A stretch of 63,942 nt of DNA, the filler included, from Thelocarpon superellum (lineage: Eukaryota), in assembly GCA_026025795.1 (NCBI GenBank). It is 4 parts of 4 records of this genome, joined end to end, with 100 filler letters (N's around TTAATTAATTAA, not from the genome) between each part and the next. Parts side by side here need not be neighbours in the genome. Positions count along the whole stretch, not along the records: positions 1 to 16,581 come from JAPEUG010000389.1; 3 more parts are not named here. The stretch is one strand, 5' to 3'. A program made the translations under genes and the position numbers. A model generated the notes under the pieces. That model was given only the letters and a program-made list of their open reading frames with translations. It made no database searches and was not told the DNA's origin. Below, piece after piece: positions 1 through 11,683 of this stretch. The first letter of the stretch is position 1. Every line of letters starts with the position of its first letter.

Positions 1-448
1 CGCTGGCTCACACGGCCGGGGTCATATCCGAAAGAGATCCCAAGAGAGATCGGAGTTGAGATCGTGCCGCTAGATACCAGGCACATGGATGATATGAAGC
101 GGTAGAGCTTTGGCCTCGGCTGTCGACGTCACCATCGATGAATCTCCCATTGTCCGAACTACCCCCTTCGGCAGCGACAGCGCCAGCGCGACTTTCTCAC
201 AAGCACGAAGCTCGGTCGCCTCTCACTGAATGACGAGTGTCGACGTATGACCTCATTACATCCGAAGCCCCTTCCCACTTTTAGAATCTTGCAGAGGGAC
301 GCAGCACGTAGCGTCCAGAGTCAAGTATATACTGTAGTCGTTAGCCAGCAGCGTCTGCCATAGTATCAAACATAAGAGCGACTCTCAAGGCCTTCATTGA
401 CCAGATCAAAGAACTTGACACATTAAATCTAATAGCATCAGAGTCATC

Positions 449-1720
449 ATGGGTTATCCGGATACTTTCGAGGGGTTCATGGTCGAGTCCCAGACGAATT
501 GGAGCGACTTTAAGAAGCAACAGGTTGGTGCAACATGACCCTTGCCCTCGCGCTCGCCCTCACGTCTCGTAATGCTCATACTTCGCCGCACTTAGTTCAA
601 ACCCAAAGTATTTGGGGACTTTGACATCGACATCAAGATCGAAGCGTGCGGTGTATGCGGCAGCGACGTACATACCATCACCGGAGGGTGGGGTGACGTG
701 CACCTGCCCCTGTGCCCCGGCCACGAGATTGTTGGCAAGGCCGTCAAGGTCGGACCCAAGGTCAAGACAGTGAAGACGGGCGACCGCGTGGGCGTGGGCG
801 CCCAGATCTGGGCCTGTCTCGAGTGCAAGATCTGCAAGTCTGACAATGAGAACTACTGTCCCCATCAAGTTGGTACGCCGTTCTCTCTCCTCCTGTACCT
901 TCGCACCGTCTCCTGATCCGTCTCTTCAGATACGTACAACGCACCGTACCCCGACGGGACTATCGCGCAGGGTGGATATGCGAGCCATGTCCGAGCCCAT
1001 GAGTACTTCACCTTCAAGATCCCGGAGAATATTCCGACGGAGCTGGCCGCGCCCATGATGTGTGCCGGCCTCACCACCTACTCGCCGTTGGTCCGGGCCC
1101 ACACTGGTCCCGGCAAGAAAGTGGCCGTGCTTGGCGTGTACGCTGTCTCTCCTCTGCACCCCATACCCGTGATCTCGGCGCTGACTCGTTCCAGGGGTGG
1201 TCTTGGACATTTCGGCCTCCTCTGGGCCAGCGCTCTGGGCGCCGAGACGTACGCCCTCTCGCACACGCCGGCAAAGAAGGAAGACGCGCTCGCGTTGGGC
1301 GCCAAGGAGTTCATCGACACGTCGAAGAAAGACTGGGCCAAGCCGTGGGCGTACACGTTCGACTTCATCCTCAACGCGGCCGACATGACGCATACATTTA
1401 ATCTGAAAGAGTACATGAGCACCCTCGCCATCAACGGCGAGTTCCACAATGTCGGCCTTCCCGACGAGCCGCTGCCCCAGATGATGGCCCAGGACTTTGC
1501 CCCCAATGGTAGTAAGATCAGCGGCTCGCATATCGGCAGCCGCCCGGAGGTTCTGGCCATGCTGAAGCTGGCGTCGGAGAAGAATATCAAGCCCTACGTC
1601 CAGAAGATTGACATCTCCGCCGCCGGCTGCAAGGAGGCCGTGGAGCGGGTCAAGGTGAACGATGTTCACTATCGCTTCACCCTCGTCAATTATGACAAGG
1701 CGTTTGGACCTCGTGAATGA
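449..1720 (+). CDS. NADP-dependent zinc-binding alcohol dehydrogenase (cinnamyl-ADH / Adh6-like), 4 exons
   Basis: Spliced reading MGYPDTFEGF...IEACGVCGSDVH...PLCPGHEIVG...CLECKIC...YCP...APMMCAGLTTYSPL...GGLGH...YRFTL. MDR zinc ligands and Rossmann glycine motif present. GT-AG introns near 524-595, 873-929 and 1138-1194. Confidence 0.93.
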
Positions 1721-1959
1721 GCGGCGCGACTGGATGGGCCGTATAGATAGTTCTCTTTGAAGAAAATAGTAACGAATGGAAGACTTGACCTCGTCTCGCA
1801 GACCAAATCCGTCGAAATCAACGTCGACATCCGTCGTATCTCGCCATGAATTTCTATCCTCCCAAACCCTCGGAGTCCCGGCGTCCCGGCCGCACCGCCT
1901 GCAATGACGCTAAATGGCAAGCAAAAACATCAAGCACTTGATCGTGGTGTAGATTCACA

Positions 1960-3166
1960 TCAGGCCTCGTGACCGGCCCCGTTGACGCCGTTGCTTTGCA
2001 CATCGGCATCTGGAAGACCGCCAGCCGCGACACGCTCTCGTTCCTTCTTCTCCCCTGCCGCTTCCGTCTCCTTTCTCAGGGCATCGAGATTCCACGTCTC
2101 CCCGTCGTCGCCGCCATCATCTGCCTCGTCGTCTTCGCCGTCTTCTTCCTCTTCGTCGTCGCTAATGTCCCAATCGCCCTTCTCGAACATGGCGCGGCCC
2201 GTGGCCTCCTTGGCCTTGCGTGCTTCATCCTCGGCCGCTTTCTTGTCGAGTCGCTCCTTCTTCCACTTGGCGAACGACTCGGGCGTCACCGGCGTGAGGG
2301 CCCCAGTGAGTTTCTGCCGCGCCGCTTCCAGGTAGTCTTCGAGCGTGAGCGTCTTGAGCGGCGACTTGTCCATCATAGCCTTCTCCGCCGCCCGCTGTTC
2401 TTTGGTCTTCAAAACGAAGCTAGAGCGATATCAGGAATTGAGAGATGGGAGACGGAGGCAATAAGGAAGGGAAGATTCGACATACCCCGGGGGTAAGTTA
2501 TGCCGGTACATGCATTTGTCGCCGCCGTTGGGACACTGCCAGAACCAGCCGTATTTCCCATTCTCCACGGCTTCGATGAAGAATTTGCACACTTTATCCG
2601 TAGTCGTCTGCGGGTTGCCGTGCTTGGACTTGACTACGTTTCGTAGCTTTTCCTCGTCCCAGTCGTCCATCGTCTCCTCTTTCTTATCCACCTCGGCCCC
2701 TTCTTCATCCCGGCCATCGGTGTAGAGATTCTTCTTCTGCGTCTTGCGCTCTACGGAGAGGTCATGCGAGAACTTGCATTTCTTGCCTAAGCCAGATGTT
2801 AACCCACAAGTCGTCCACACGCAATTGCCTGCACCTACCCTTCTCGCAATTGCCCTTCTTGTAAAATTGGCAGACCACCGTCTTGGGATCCACCCCAAAC
2901 GGAACCTTTTGTACCTGGATAGGCTTGAAGAGCTCCGCCGTCTCCCGCTTGGCATCCTCGGACGCCTTCTTCTCGGCCTCTCGCTGTGCTTTCTCGGCCT
3001 CTTTCCGTTTCTGCTCCGGCGTCTTCGCAGACGACGCTTGCGCTTGAAGCTGTGCGATCTGTTTCTTGGCCGTCGACCCTTTCTTGTTTTTCATACCAAA
3101 GGTCTTGTCCGCCGCCGTGAGCTTTGATGACGCGGCCTTCTTGGGCTGCTCCTTCTTTGGTGGCAT
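1960..3166 (-). CDS. TMA46: Translation machinery-associated protein 46 (ZC3H15/DFRP1 homolog, two CCCH fingers), 3 exons
   Basis: MPPKK...[80 protein letters not shown], and [16 protein letters not shown]. Confidence 0.95.
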
Positions 3167-3609
3167 CTTGAAGGGGTGCGGTCAAGATCCGGGGGAGGTG
3201 ATGTAGGAGAGTAAGCAAGCTCGACGCGTCCACGCGACACTTCCCACCGTTGGGTGTAACTTGAAAGCATCAAAAATCAGGGGCTATCCAGCTGGAGAGC
3301 GGATTTTGGGGGTGGCGATCGGTACGTCCTCGTCGTATCCAAATCCCCACAAGAATCCCCACAACGAGGGATTCCGTGATATTGAGCGGCCTAGAGCGAG
3401 CGGCGGATGACATAATCATATCATGTCACGTGGTCGGGGCTCAGGAAAGCTGTCCTCGCTCATAGAAGCTTAACAAACTTCATTCCAGCACTCACCTCGC
3501 TATCCTTGACAACTCATGAATTCCAGCGGCACGAGCACACCTGTACTGTGGGTAGCATGCGTGGAAACATCCAGAACATGACACTGATGTGACAAATGTA
3601 GCTCATCCA

Positions 3610-3661
3610 CCAACGTCGCTCCAACGTCGCTCCAACGTCGCTCCAACGTTGCTCCAACGTC
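3610..3661. repeat. 11-bp tandem repeat (CCAACGTCGCT) x~4.7 upstream of OST4
   Basis: Units at 3610, 3621 and 3632, a one-mismatch unit at 3643, and a partial unit at 3654. Confidence 0.95.
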
Positions 3662-3738
3662 AGCTGTTCACACACTTGCCGGCACCAACACCTCGACCTG
3701 GCAATCGCCCAGCGTCTCCGGAACTTCCAATCGGCACC

Positions 3739-3909
3739 ATGATCTCCGACAATGACCTCTACATGCTGGCCATCTTCCTCGGCTCGGCCGCAATGCTCCT
3801 CATCGTGCTCTACCATTTCCTCGAAGTCAACGCAAAGCCGGACGGTGTCGATGAGAAGGCAGCGTTGAAGGCGACCTCGCAGACCGGCAATAAGGCCGGA
3901 CTGCGATGA
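3739..3909 (+). CDS. OST4: Oligosaccharyltransferase subunit 4 (56 aa, single TM)
   Basis: MISDNDLYMLAIFLGSAAMLLIVLYHFLEVN matches the Ost4 signature (MIxDxxL...LIVLYH). ATG is in good Kozak context (CACCATG). Confidence 0.93.
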   Translation: MISDNDLYMLAIFLGSAAMLLIVLYHFLEVNAKPDGVDEKAALKATSQTGNKAGLR

Positions 3910-4789
3910 TGGAGATAAGAACAGCTTGGACTACGATGTGTGATTATCGGGAGGATGATCGGGTTGCTGGGATAGCATTGACAGCGGACAGCGACCACCT
4001 GGCTTGCGCGCAGGCGCGGTGTAACGTGACGGATGACTGCGAGGAAAGCGTGGGTGAGGCCTCAGAAAATGGTGCTCCCCATGGTAGAGAATGACTGCTG
4101 CATACGTACGGAGTACGGGCAGCGTCTTGTTCCTGGCGATAACGCCGCTCGTCTCCCATAGCCGTGCTCTGTAGCAGACCTCTTGTCTCGGGAGTGCTCA
4201 CGAATAAAACGTTAGTCGTGATGTCAAAGGGGCTTTGCAGATCACGTGCAGTTCGCGTCGTCCGCGGCCTGTACGCCTGACTCGTCGCTGGCGCCTTCCT
4301 GACTCAACGAAGCGGGTGTCATCATCTTCCCAGCCGCCTCAACTGTTGCCAAACAATCTCTTCTCTTCATCCTCTTCATCCTCTTCACTTTTCTGCCATT
4401 CACCACGACCAAGATTCACCTTCTTCTTTGTGCACCCCAACCTTTTGATCAATCAAGACACCTGATCCTGCCACGGTAGCCTCTCTCGCATAATCCAAGT
4501 CCAAGCAAATTTCGCCTGGAGTCCTACCACATCGGTCGCACCTCGCGTCTCCGTCAATCCATTTTCTGCACCACTCGTCACCTCCCTCGTTGGCCGCTTT
4601 CGCACAGCCTCAAGAATCGAGATCATCAGTCGTCTCATCGCCAGACTCATCTGACCTGCTTGACTTACTCAAGCCGTCGAGACATCCGTCCCGCTCGGTT
4701 GTGACCCTCAGAACCGGGCATCACCGTCCCGCTATCTCTTCCCTCACTCTAAACCTCTCAGCTCAAGTCGACTCTCTTCACCAGAAAGC

Positions 4790-6712
4790 ATGTCGAACAA
4801 GCTTGACCGCTCGCTGGATGAGATCCTCAGTTCCTCCAAGACCCAGACCGCTCGCCGCGGACGTGGCCGTCGCGCCGCCACCGGCAAGGCCAACGGCACC
4901 GCTGCAGTCGGGCCCGTAGGAGGCATCAAGAAGAATACCCGCACCACCCGAGCGACTGTCCGCGCGAACGCTCCGACTGGACCGAGCGCTGTCTCCGGTG
5001 ATAGCAAAGTGATCGTGAGCAGCTTGGTACGTCTGACCCTGGCTTGATCTGAGATGAGTCGACCGCTAACACGCAACCCACCAGCCGTCCGATGTGAACG
5101 AAGGCCAGGTTAAGGTACGTTGATTGATGAGGTCCTCAAGCCTTTTGGACTTTTATCGCCATCTTCGCGAGATTCGACCGTGACTGGTCCATCTCTTACG
5201 CGGAAAGCCGTCGCCTCTTCCCTTGCCTTCCCGCCTGCCGCGGTCTCATGTTCACATGTGACCCACCACGACTAGCTCCCTTCAGCCCTGCTTGCTCGCT
5301 CATCCTGAGCTTGACGCAGAGGGCCGTGAGGTTGAGCAACAGGTCGAGGTCGTGGGACCGCCGTGTCCACAGCTGTCTGGCAAACACTGTGACCGGTCAG
5401 TCCCAGACCGCTTGGTGATGGCGTGACGTCCTCCGGATCTTTCGGATATATGTTTGGAAACATGTGGAGGGTTCCGAGATACCGGCGGGCGCCGCAGTGA
5501 GAACAGCATAGCGCAGCATTTACCCCGATGAGGCATCACCACCCCCGTGCGGCCTTCTCAACCGGCGACCCCTCCGATGACCCTGACCTTGGTCACTCCT
5601 GTCCATCGCCATCTAAGGACAGCGTGGATTTCATCACTCGTCTGCTCGTTCATGCAAGCATCGACGCCTTCCTGTTACGGGCTGGACGCACTTTACAAGT
5701 CCTTTAGGTTGGATCTCTCGCCACCAGTGGAAGGGGGTTATTGGTTCAGCCGCACCAGTCGTCCGACCCTCACGAAGCGGATCAACCATCGACCATCGAC
5801 AATCGCTCATCGCCCACCTTTGCCCAACACTGAACCTTGGTCCCCCGTCGTACTAACACTAACGCTCACTGCCCGCCCGCTTGCGGAATGCTTTTGGTTT
5901 TGGGGACGATCTATCTACCAGGCGTGGCTGGATTGAGATGTCGGCTGACGTTGCTGGCTCCGCCTTGTTCGCTTTCGACGATGCACGTTGTGCATAATTT
6001 CCGGGAGACTCCAGGACTGACGTTGGCTCGATTGTCTCTCTTAGGAATACTTCCACTCGACTGTTGGCCCCGTGAAGAAAGTGCAGCTCACCTATGGACC
6101 CAACGGTACCAGCCGTGGCATTGCCACCGTCATCTTCAGCCGTGGTGATGGCGCCCATAAGGCTCTGAAGCAGCTGAACGGCGTTCTCGTGGATGGTCGC
6201 CCCATTAAGGTTGGTTCGGCTCCATCTACCCAAGCCCACGCTCTCAGCTTACCATGATAGATCGAGGTGGTCCTCGACGCCTCCAAGGCCCCCCCACCGG
6301 CCGCCATCAAGGCCCTGAGCGAGCGTGTCGCGTACGTGTTCGGACATCGGTTGTATGGAACATCACTAACGAGGGATTGTAGTCAACCCAAAGCTCAGCC
6401 AAAGTCGGCTGCCGGACCCAAGCCGGTGACGAGCGGCCCAACAGTGGGTGGCCGTGGCCGTGGCCGTGGCGGCCGTGGGCGCGGCCGCAACGCGGGTCGG
6501 GCCAAGCCCAAGACGACGGAAGAGCTCGATGCGGAAATGAACGACTACTTTGACGGCGACAGCGCCGCGGCTCCGGCTGCTCCGGTAGGGGCCGATCCGG
6601 CGGTCGCCAACAAGGCGGTGGGGGGTGACGCGGGGATGGAAGACGAGATCATGGTGAGCGGGAACGCCGCTAAAGATATCTGACACGCTTGACTGACTTT
6701 GAGATGTAGTAA
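4790..6712 (+). CDS. YRA1: mRNA export adaptor Yra1/Mlo3/ALYREF (N-box, RRM, RGG, C-box). Exons 4790-5026, 5085-5114, 6045-6209, 6261-6331, 6383-6653, stop-only exon 6710-6712
   Basis: N-box LDRSLDEI. RRM SKVIVSSL|PSDVNEGQVK|EYFHSTVGPVKKVQLTYGPNGTSRGIATVIF...LNGVLVDGRPIK|IEVV. C-box KTTEELDAEMNDYF. All junctions are GT-AG and in frame. Confidence 0.93.
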
Positions 6713-7537
6713 TCACGTCCCCACGATCATCATGGGGCACTGGGAGGGTAGGACAGAAATTGAACAATGAAAGGGGTGGGAAAGAATGAGAAGAATGCCG
6801 GACGACGGGAGACTGCCTTGCTTCTTTTTCTTCTTCTTGTACTGTTCTGCGGGCTTTGTTTGATTCATTTTCTTTTCTTTTCTTTTCATGTCGTTTAGGA
6901 GAATCCATCCGTGAATTCAGTATACGTGCCGGTCGTAGATTGTAGATTGACTTTGGAGCAGAGAAGACAAATGGTAGTTGATGTGACGGGGATATCCTTA
7001 CACCTAGGTTATTTATCCACGATACACACTGTGCATGAATCAAGGGATCTCCTCAAGTGGGCACCCGAGCGTCCGCCAGCACATGGAGTGTAGTTACCTT
7101 GTACTGTTTAGATAGTCCACGAAGAGTCCGGGCATGTCGAGGGGTTGACGCTCTCGTAGAGCACGTGACTCGGCATTGCCACCGCGTGTGGCCAATGTGC
7201 CGAGCCCGACTCGTCACACGCCGACGTCTGAGACGACGGAGGGATCCTGAGACATGGCGGCATGGAAGTCGCATGTACCCCTCTGAAACTGCGGTGTCGT
7301 TGCCATTGAAATCGAATCAACCCAGCATGGATGGGCGTAGGCTGTTCTTTGCTACAGCGGGCCTGTATGGTAACCCTTAGCACCATGCGTCCGCCATGGC
7401 CTTACGCCACCTATCTGGGTGGACTTTAATGCAATGTTCTCCAGCAATGGGGGCAGGCTTCCCTTATCCTCAGTCGAGAGGTGCTTGTTCACCTTCTTCT
7501 CCTATCATCCTTGATCAAGGACGAGCCTGCTTCGAGG

Positions 7538-8796
7538 ATGCAGCCGACAGATGTCAACCCCGCGTCTAATAGACACCATGGCATGCCTGGCAAAGTCCGA
7601 CAGCCAGCCGTGAAGGGTTTGATTGCCTGCGTTGTTCTCTTCCTCATCTACAATGCCACAGGGACCGCCCGATCGGTACCGAACAACGGCGCTGGCTTCT
7701 CATCGCCCTCGACGTCCTCGTCGAGCGACGGCTCGTGGAGCGTGGCCAAGCTGTCGGCGCACGTCCCCAGCCTCGACCGGTGGCGCGCTGCGTTCATGAC
7801 GAGCGCCGGGTCGTCGTCGGCTTCGAAACCGAATGAAGTCCTCATCCAGTATGCCTACGCGGAGTCGGAAACTGGGCGCAGGAACCTGCAGTTCTTCCTG
7901 AAGCACGGGCTCCACGACGCGGCGGACTTCATCTTCATCCTCAACGGCGAGACGAACATGACGTCCAAAATCCCGACAGACCGCGACAACGTCGAGGTGG
8001 TCCAGCGTGCCAATTCTTGCATGGACGTAGGAGCCCACGGCGAGGTGCTCGGTCGAGATAGCGCAATGGCGACGAGCAAGTATAAACGCTTCATCCTCAT
8101 GAATGCGTCCATCCGGGGACCGTTCCTACCCAGCTACAGCCGGGCGTGCTGGAGTGACGTGTACACGGACATGATCACAGATCGAGTCAAGGTCAGATGG
8201 CGCTTGACCATGCCGCGCATCGAATACTATCTAACCAGGCGTGGTGCAGATTGCCGGCATGACAATGAACTGCGCGGTACAGGAACACGTACAGTCGATG
8301 GTGATAGCGACGGACCAGACAGGACTGAAGATCATGAACGAGACTTGCTTGAAAACGTGTTTCACCGACAAGTCAGAGGGTGAGCGACATGACGTTTTCA
8401 GCTTTCCCCCTCCCTCCCCCCCTCCCTCCTTCTCCCGCCCTCCTTCTCCCGCCCTCCCAGCCTTCAAGAACCGCAAAATACTGACGCAACGGACGCACAG
8501 CGATATACAAGTGCGAAACAGAATTGACAGCGGCGGTGCGAGAAGCAGGATACGAAGCCGACGCGCTGATGACAGCGTACCGCGGCTGGGGCCGAGGGAA
8601 ATTCAAAAGCGAGTGCGAGAAGCGCGAGGAGCCCGACGCGAACTGGAATGGGAATTACTTCGGCAGTAACATGCATGCGTACGAAGCCATCTTCGTCAAG
8701 GCCAATCGCGACATAGATCCTACCGGTCTGGAGCATTTGACCGAGTGGCATGATCGCATGGGGTACTCGTCTTATGAGGTCTGCAAGAGGCGTTGA
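7538..8796 (+). CDS. Uncharacterised type II membrane protein, putative glycosyltransferase (RgpF-like motifs), 3 exons
   Basis: N-terminal TM (GLIACVVLFLIY) and Ser-rich stem, then YAYAES..NLQFFLKHGL..DFIFILNG, RANSCMDVGA, FILMNASIRGPF and HVQSM. Introns near 8192-8249 and 8380-8500. Confidence 0.75.
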
Positions 8797-9108
8797 TGTC
8801 CTACGTTGTACGCATACGTTATTTCGCTAGGAGTAGATGGATGGATGGATGGATAGAAAAAAGAAGTACCGCGGCTCGTTGAACGACTTCGTTATCAGAC
8901 TATAATCATTCACCTCTTCTCACTGCGTCTCCATCTCCATCTCCATCTCCATTTTTCATTTTCATTCTTGCGCCTTCAATCTAGAGGAGTTTGCTCGGTA
9001 GGTGGGGAGGGAGGGAGGGAGGGGTGGAGAATGAAGAGGACGGTCTCATATGAGCGCGGACTAGATCGACTCGACTCGACTCGTCTCGTCTCAGCTCGAC
9101 TCAACGCA

Positions 9109-10098
9109 CTAAGACAATTCCTCAATCTTGGCTGATCCAGTCCCCGTCGTCGCCGCAGGCTCTGCTGATGCCGCTTCTTTCCCTTTCGCCTCGCCTTCTG
9201 CGCCCTCGTCTTCTAGTGCGGGCATATCATCGTCCTGTGGTTGACGCGGTCAGCCTTACTCCAATTGATGGGAGAAGCAGTCAAGAACTCACATCTTCGC
9301 CCTCGCCTTCATCCTCTCCCTCACCCTCGCCCTCGCCGCCAAGTCCTTCCATTGATCCCAGATCCGGCATCCCGCCCAGACCGCCCATGCCGGCGCCCAG
9401 CTTCGAGAAGTCCAGTCCCTCCATGCCGCCCATGCCGCCCATGCCAGGCATGCCACCCATTCCGCCCATCCCGCCCATACCTTCCATTCCGCCCATGCCT
9501 CCCATCCCGCCCATGTCGGGCTCTTCCGGGAGCTCGTTCTGTTCATCCTCATCGACCCACTGACAACGCACATTAGATACCGTTCACCTAGCACCATGCC
9601 TTGAGCCATAGCCTCCCACTAACCTTGTCGAAATCCGTCTTCAGGAAGTGCATCTTCTTGGAATCCTTCAACAATCGTGGCCAGAATTCCTCCTTCAGCT
9701 CCTTCTTCCGCAACACCATCTCCACGTCTCGGCCCGTGTGATGGATCTTGCTATTCTCCACGTCAATCTCGCCGAAGAACTCTAGCTCCACGTGATAGTT
9801 GATTTTCTTGGTCTCGCTATAGCCCGAGAAGGTGACGCCCGTGGGCTGCAGGTCAAGCTTCAACGACGACTTGTCCACATCCGGCGCCATGATGGTCAAG
9901 AAGACATAGTTCTTGGTCGGTTCTATGTCCGACGAGCGTTGCGCCCAGGTCACTGCAGGGGAGTCCAGGTCAACGATGTTCCGCACAGAATCCACCCAGT
10001 CGTGGCCATCGCGGCCCGGGAGAGCTCAGAGAGCGAGGCGGATGAGGGCCAAGTGGGACGCAGCTTCACCTACCTTCTGGGATCTGAGTTTTGGACAT
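9109..10098 (-). CDS. SBA1: Hsp90 co-chaperone p23 (Sba1/Wos2), 4 exons, with a GGM-repeat tail
   Basis: MSKTQIPE|VTWAQRS...EEFWPRLLKDSKKMHFLKTDFDK|WVDEDEQ...MGGMGG...|DDDMPALE...KIEELS*. Confidence 0.95.
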
Positions 10099-10927
10099 GT
10101 TTGCTCAACGTCGGTGCGCCGTCAAGAAGAGATTCAGATGGAGGGTGTATGCGGTAGTAGAGGGAGGAAGGTCAGGGAGAGTGAACAGCTTCACAGAGTG
10201 GAGTGGGGGAAAGCGTCAATGAGGCAAGACAAGGTGAGAAGATGTTGCCGTACGCTTACAATTTGCACGGTTGCTGCGACACAATTCGACGAAGTAGTAG
10301 TCGCTGGTAAAACTACTTGAACGAGTACGACGTAACTACCTTCACCTGCTCGCACCGCCCACCCGAGGGGGTGCGTTCCCACAGCCTTGCACCTCGTCTA
10401 CTTGCCCTAAGCGAGGCGCTTCCTCTCGACTGGTCTCACCCATGGTCGCTCATAGAAGCTTTACGAAGCCAGTCGAAGACACCGCAACGATCAGACTCGA
10501 TGGGCTGATTCCTTCCTGCTCGCTTCACTCTATCCCTCGCCCTCATTGCAACAATAATGACGGGTCAGAATATCATAGCCAGCTGAACGTTAGCTTTCCC
10601 AGCTTCCTGGCCGATGCGATGTGAGAGTGAAGTGCGCGGCCCTGTAGTGAGCCCCCCACCAATGCTTACGTATGAGGGTTCGGGTGCTCTCCTTCACCCG
10701 CACGCTCCACGTTTGACTGGCTGCGTGCCGCCACGGAGAAAGCCGGGAGAGACTCGTACTCCCATCGTGATCGGAGCCGTAGATCAACCTCAAGAGCCGT
10801 GCCTGACATCATGGCGGGGCATCAGTGACGAGCACCTTCCTGACCACGCCTGCTCACCATATCCCAGCGCCCTCACCCCCCGACCGTGTGATCGACGTGG
10901 TGGCACATGGCGCTGAACACGCCCACC

Positions 10928-11683
10928 ATGGAGTCGATCAGATCCATCTTCTGGAAGCCGGATCCGGCCGCGCAAGTCCGTCCCATCCCCGTCTGCGACC
11001 CTCGCTCCCTTACGTCCCACTAAGAGTGTGATTCCTCGTAGATGCGAAAATGCAACGCCCTGATCCGCGCCAACAGCCGGCAGCTCGATCGCGACATCTC
11101 GGCGCTCAAGGCGCTCGACGCCAAGACGCGCACCTACATCGTCCAGGCGTCGAAACGAGCCCAACGGTCGCCGTCGCAGGCCAAGCAGGCGGCGCAGGAG
11201 ACACGCACCTTCGCGCGGGAGCTGATCCGGATCCGCAAGCAGGGCGCGCGGCTGGCGACGAGCAAGGCGCAGCTGGAGAGCGTGGGCATGCAGGTGCGCG
11301 AGGCCTTCTCGGTGCGCAAGATCGAGGGCAGCATCCGCGCCTCCACGGGCATCATGAGGGATGTCAATAGCCTGGTGCGCCTGCCGGAGCTGATGGGGAC
11401 GATGCGGGAGCTGAGCCAGGAGCTGGTCAAGGCCGGCATCATCGAGGAGATGGTGGGCGATAGTCTGCCCGATGACCAGCTGCTCGAGGGGGAGGATGAT
11501 GAGGCCGAGACGGAGGTCGACAAGGTGCTGGGGGAGGTGCTGCAGGGCAAGCTGACCAAGGTCGACGACGGAAAGGTGCTGGAGCCGCCGGCGCCAGAAC
11601 AACCCGTGTCGACGGCGGAGGAGGAGGATTCCGAGCTGTTGCTCGACCAGATGAGGGGCCGGCTAGAGGCCTTGAAGAGTTAA
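10928..11683 (+). CDS. VPS24: ESCRT-III subunit Vps24/CHMP3, 2 exons
   Basis: MESIRSIFWKPDPAAQ|MRKCNALIRANSRQLDRDI...SKAQLESVGMQV...ELSQELVKAGIIEEMV...MRGRLEALKS (C-terminal MIM). Confidence 0.95.

Noticed and set aside
5121..5135. TGATGA box C-like motif at the start of the YRA1 long intron
   Set aside because: No matching box D, terminal stem or rRNA-complementary guide found at a suitable distance.
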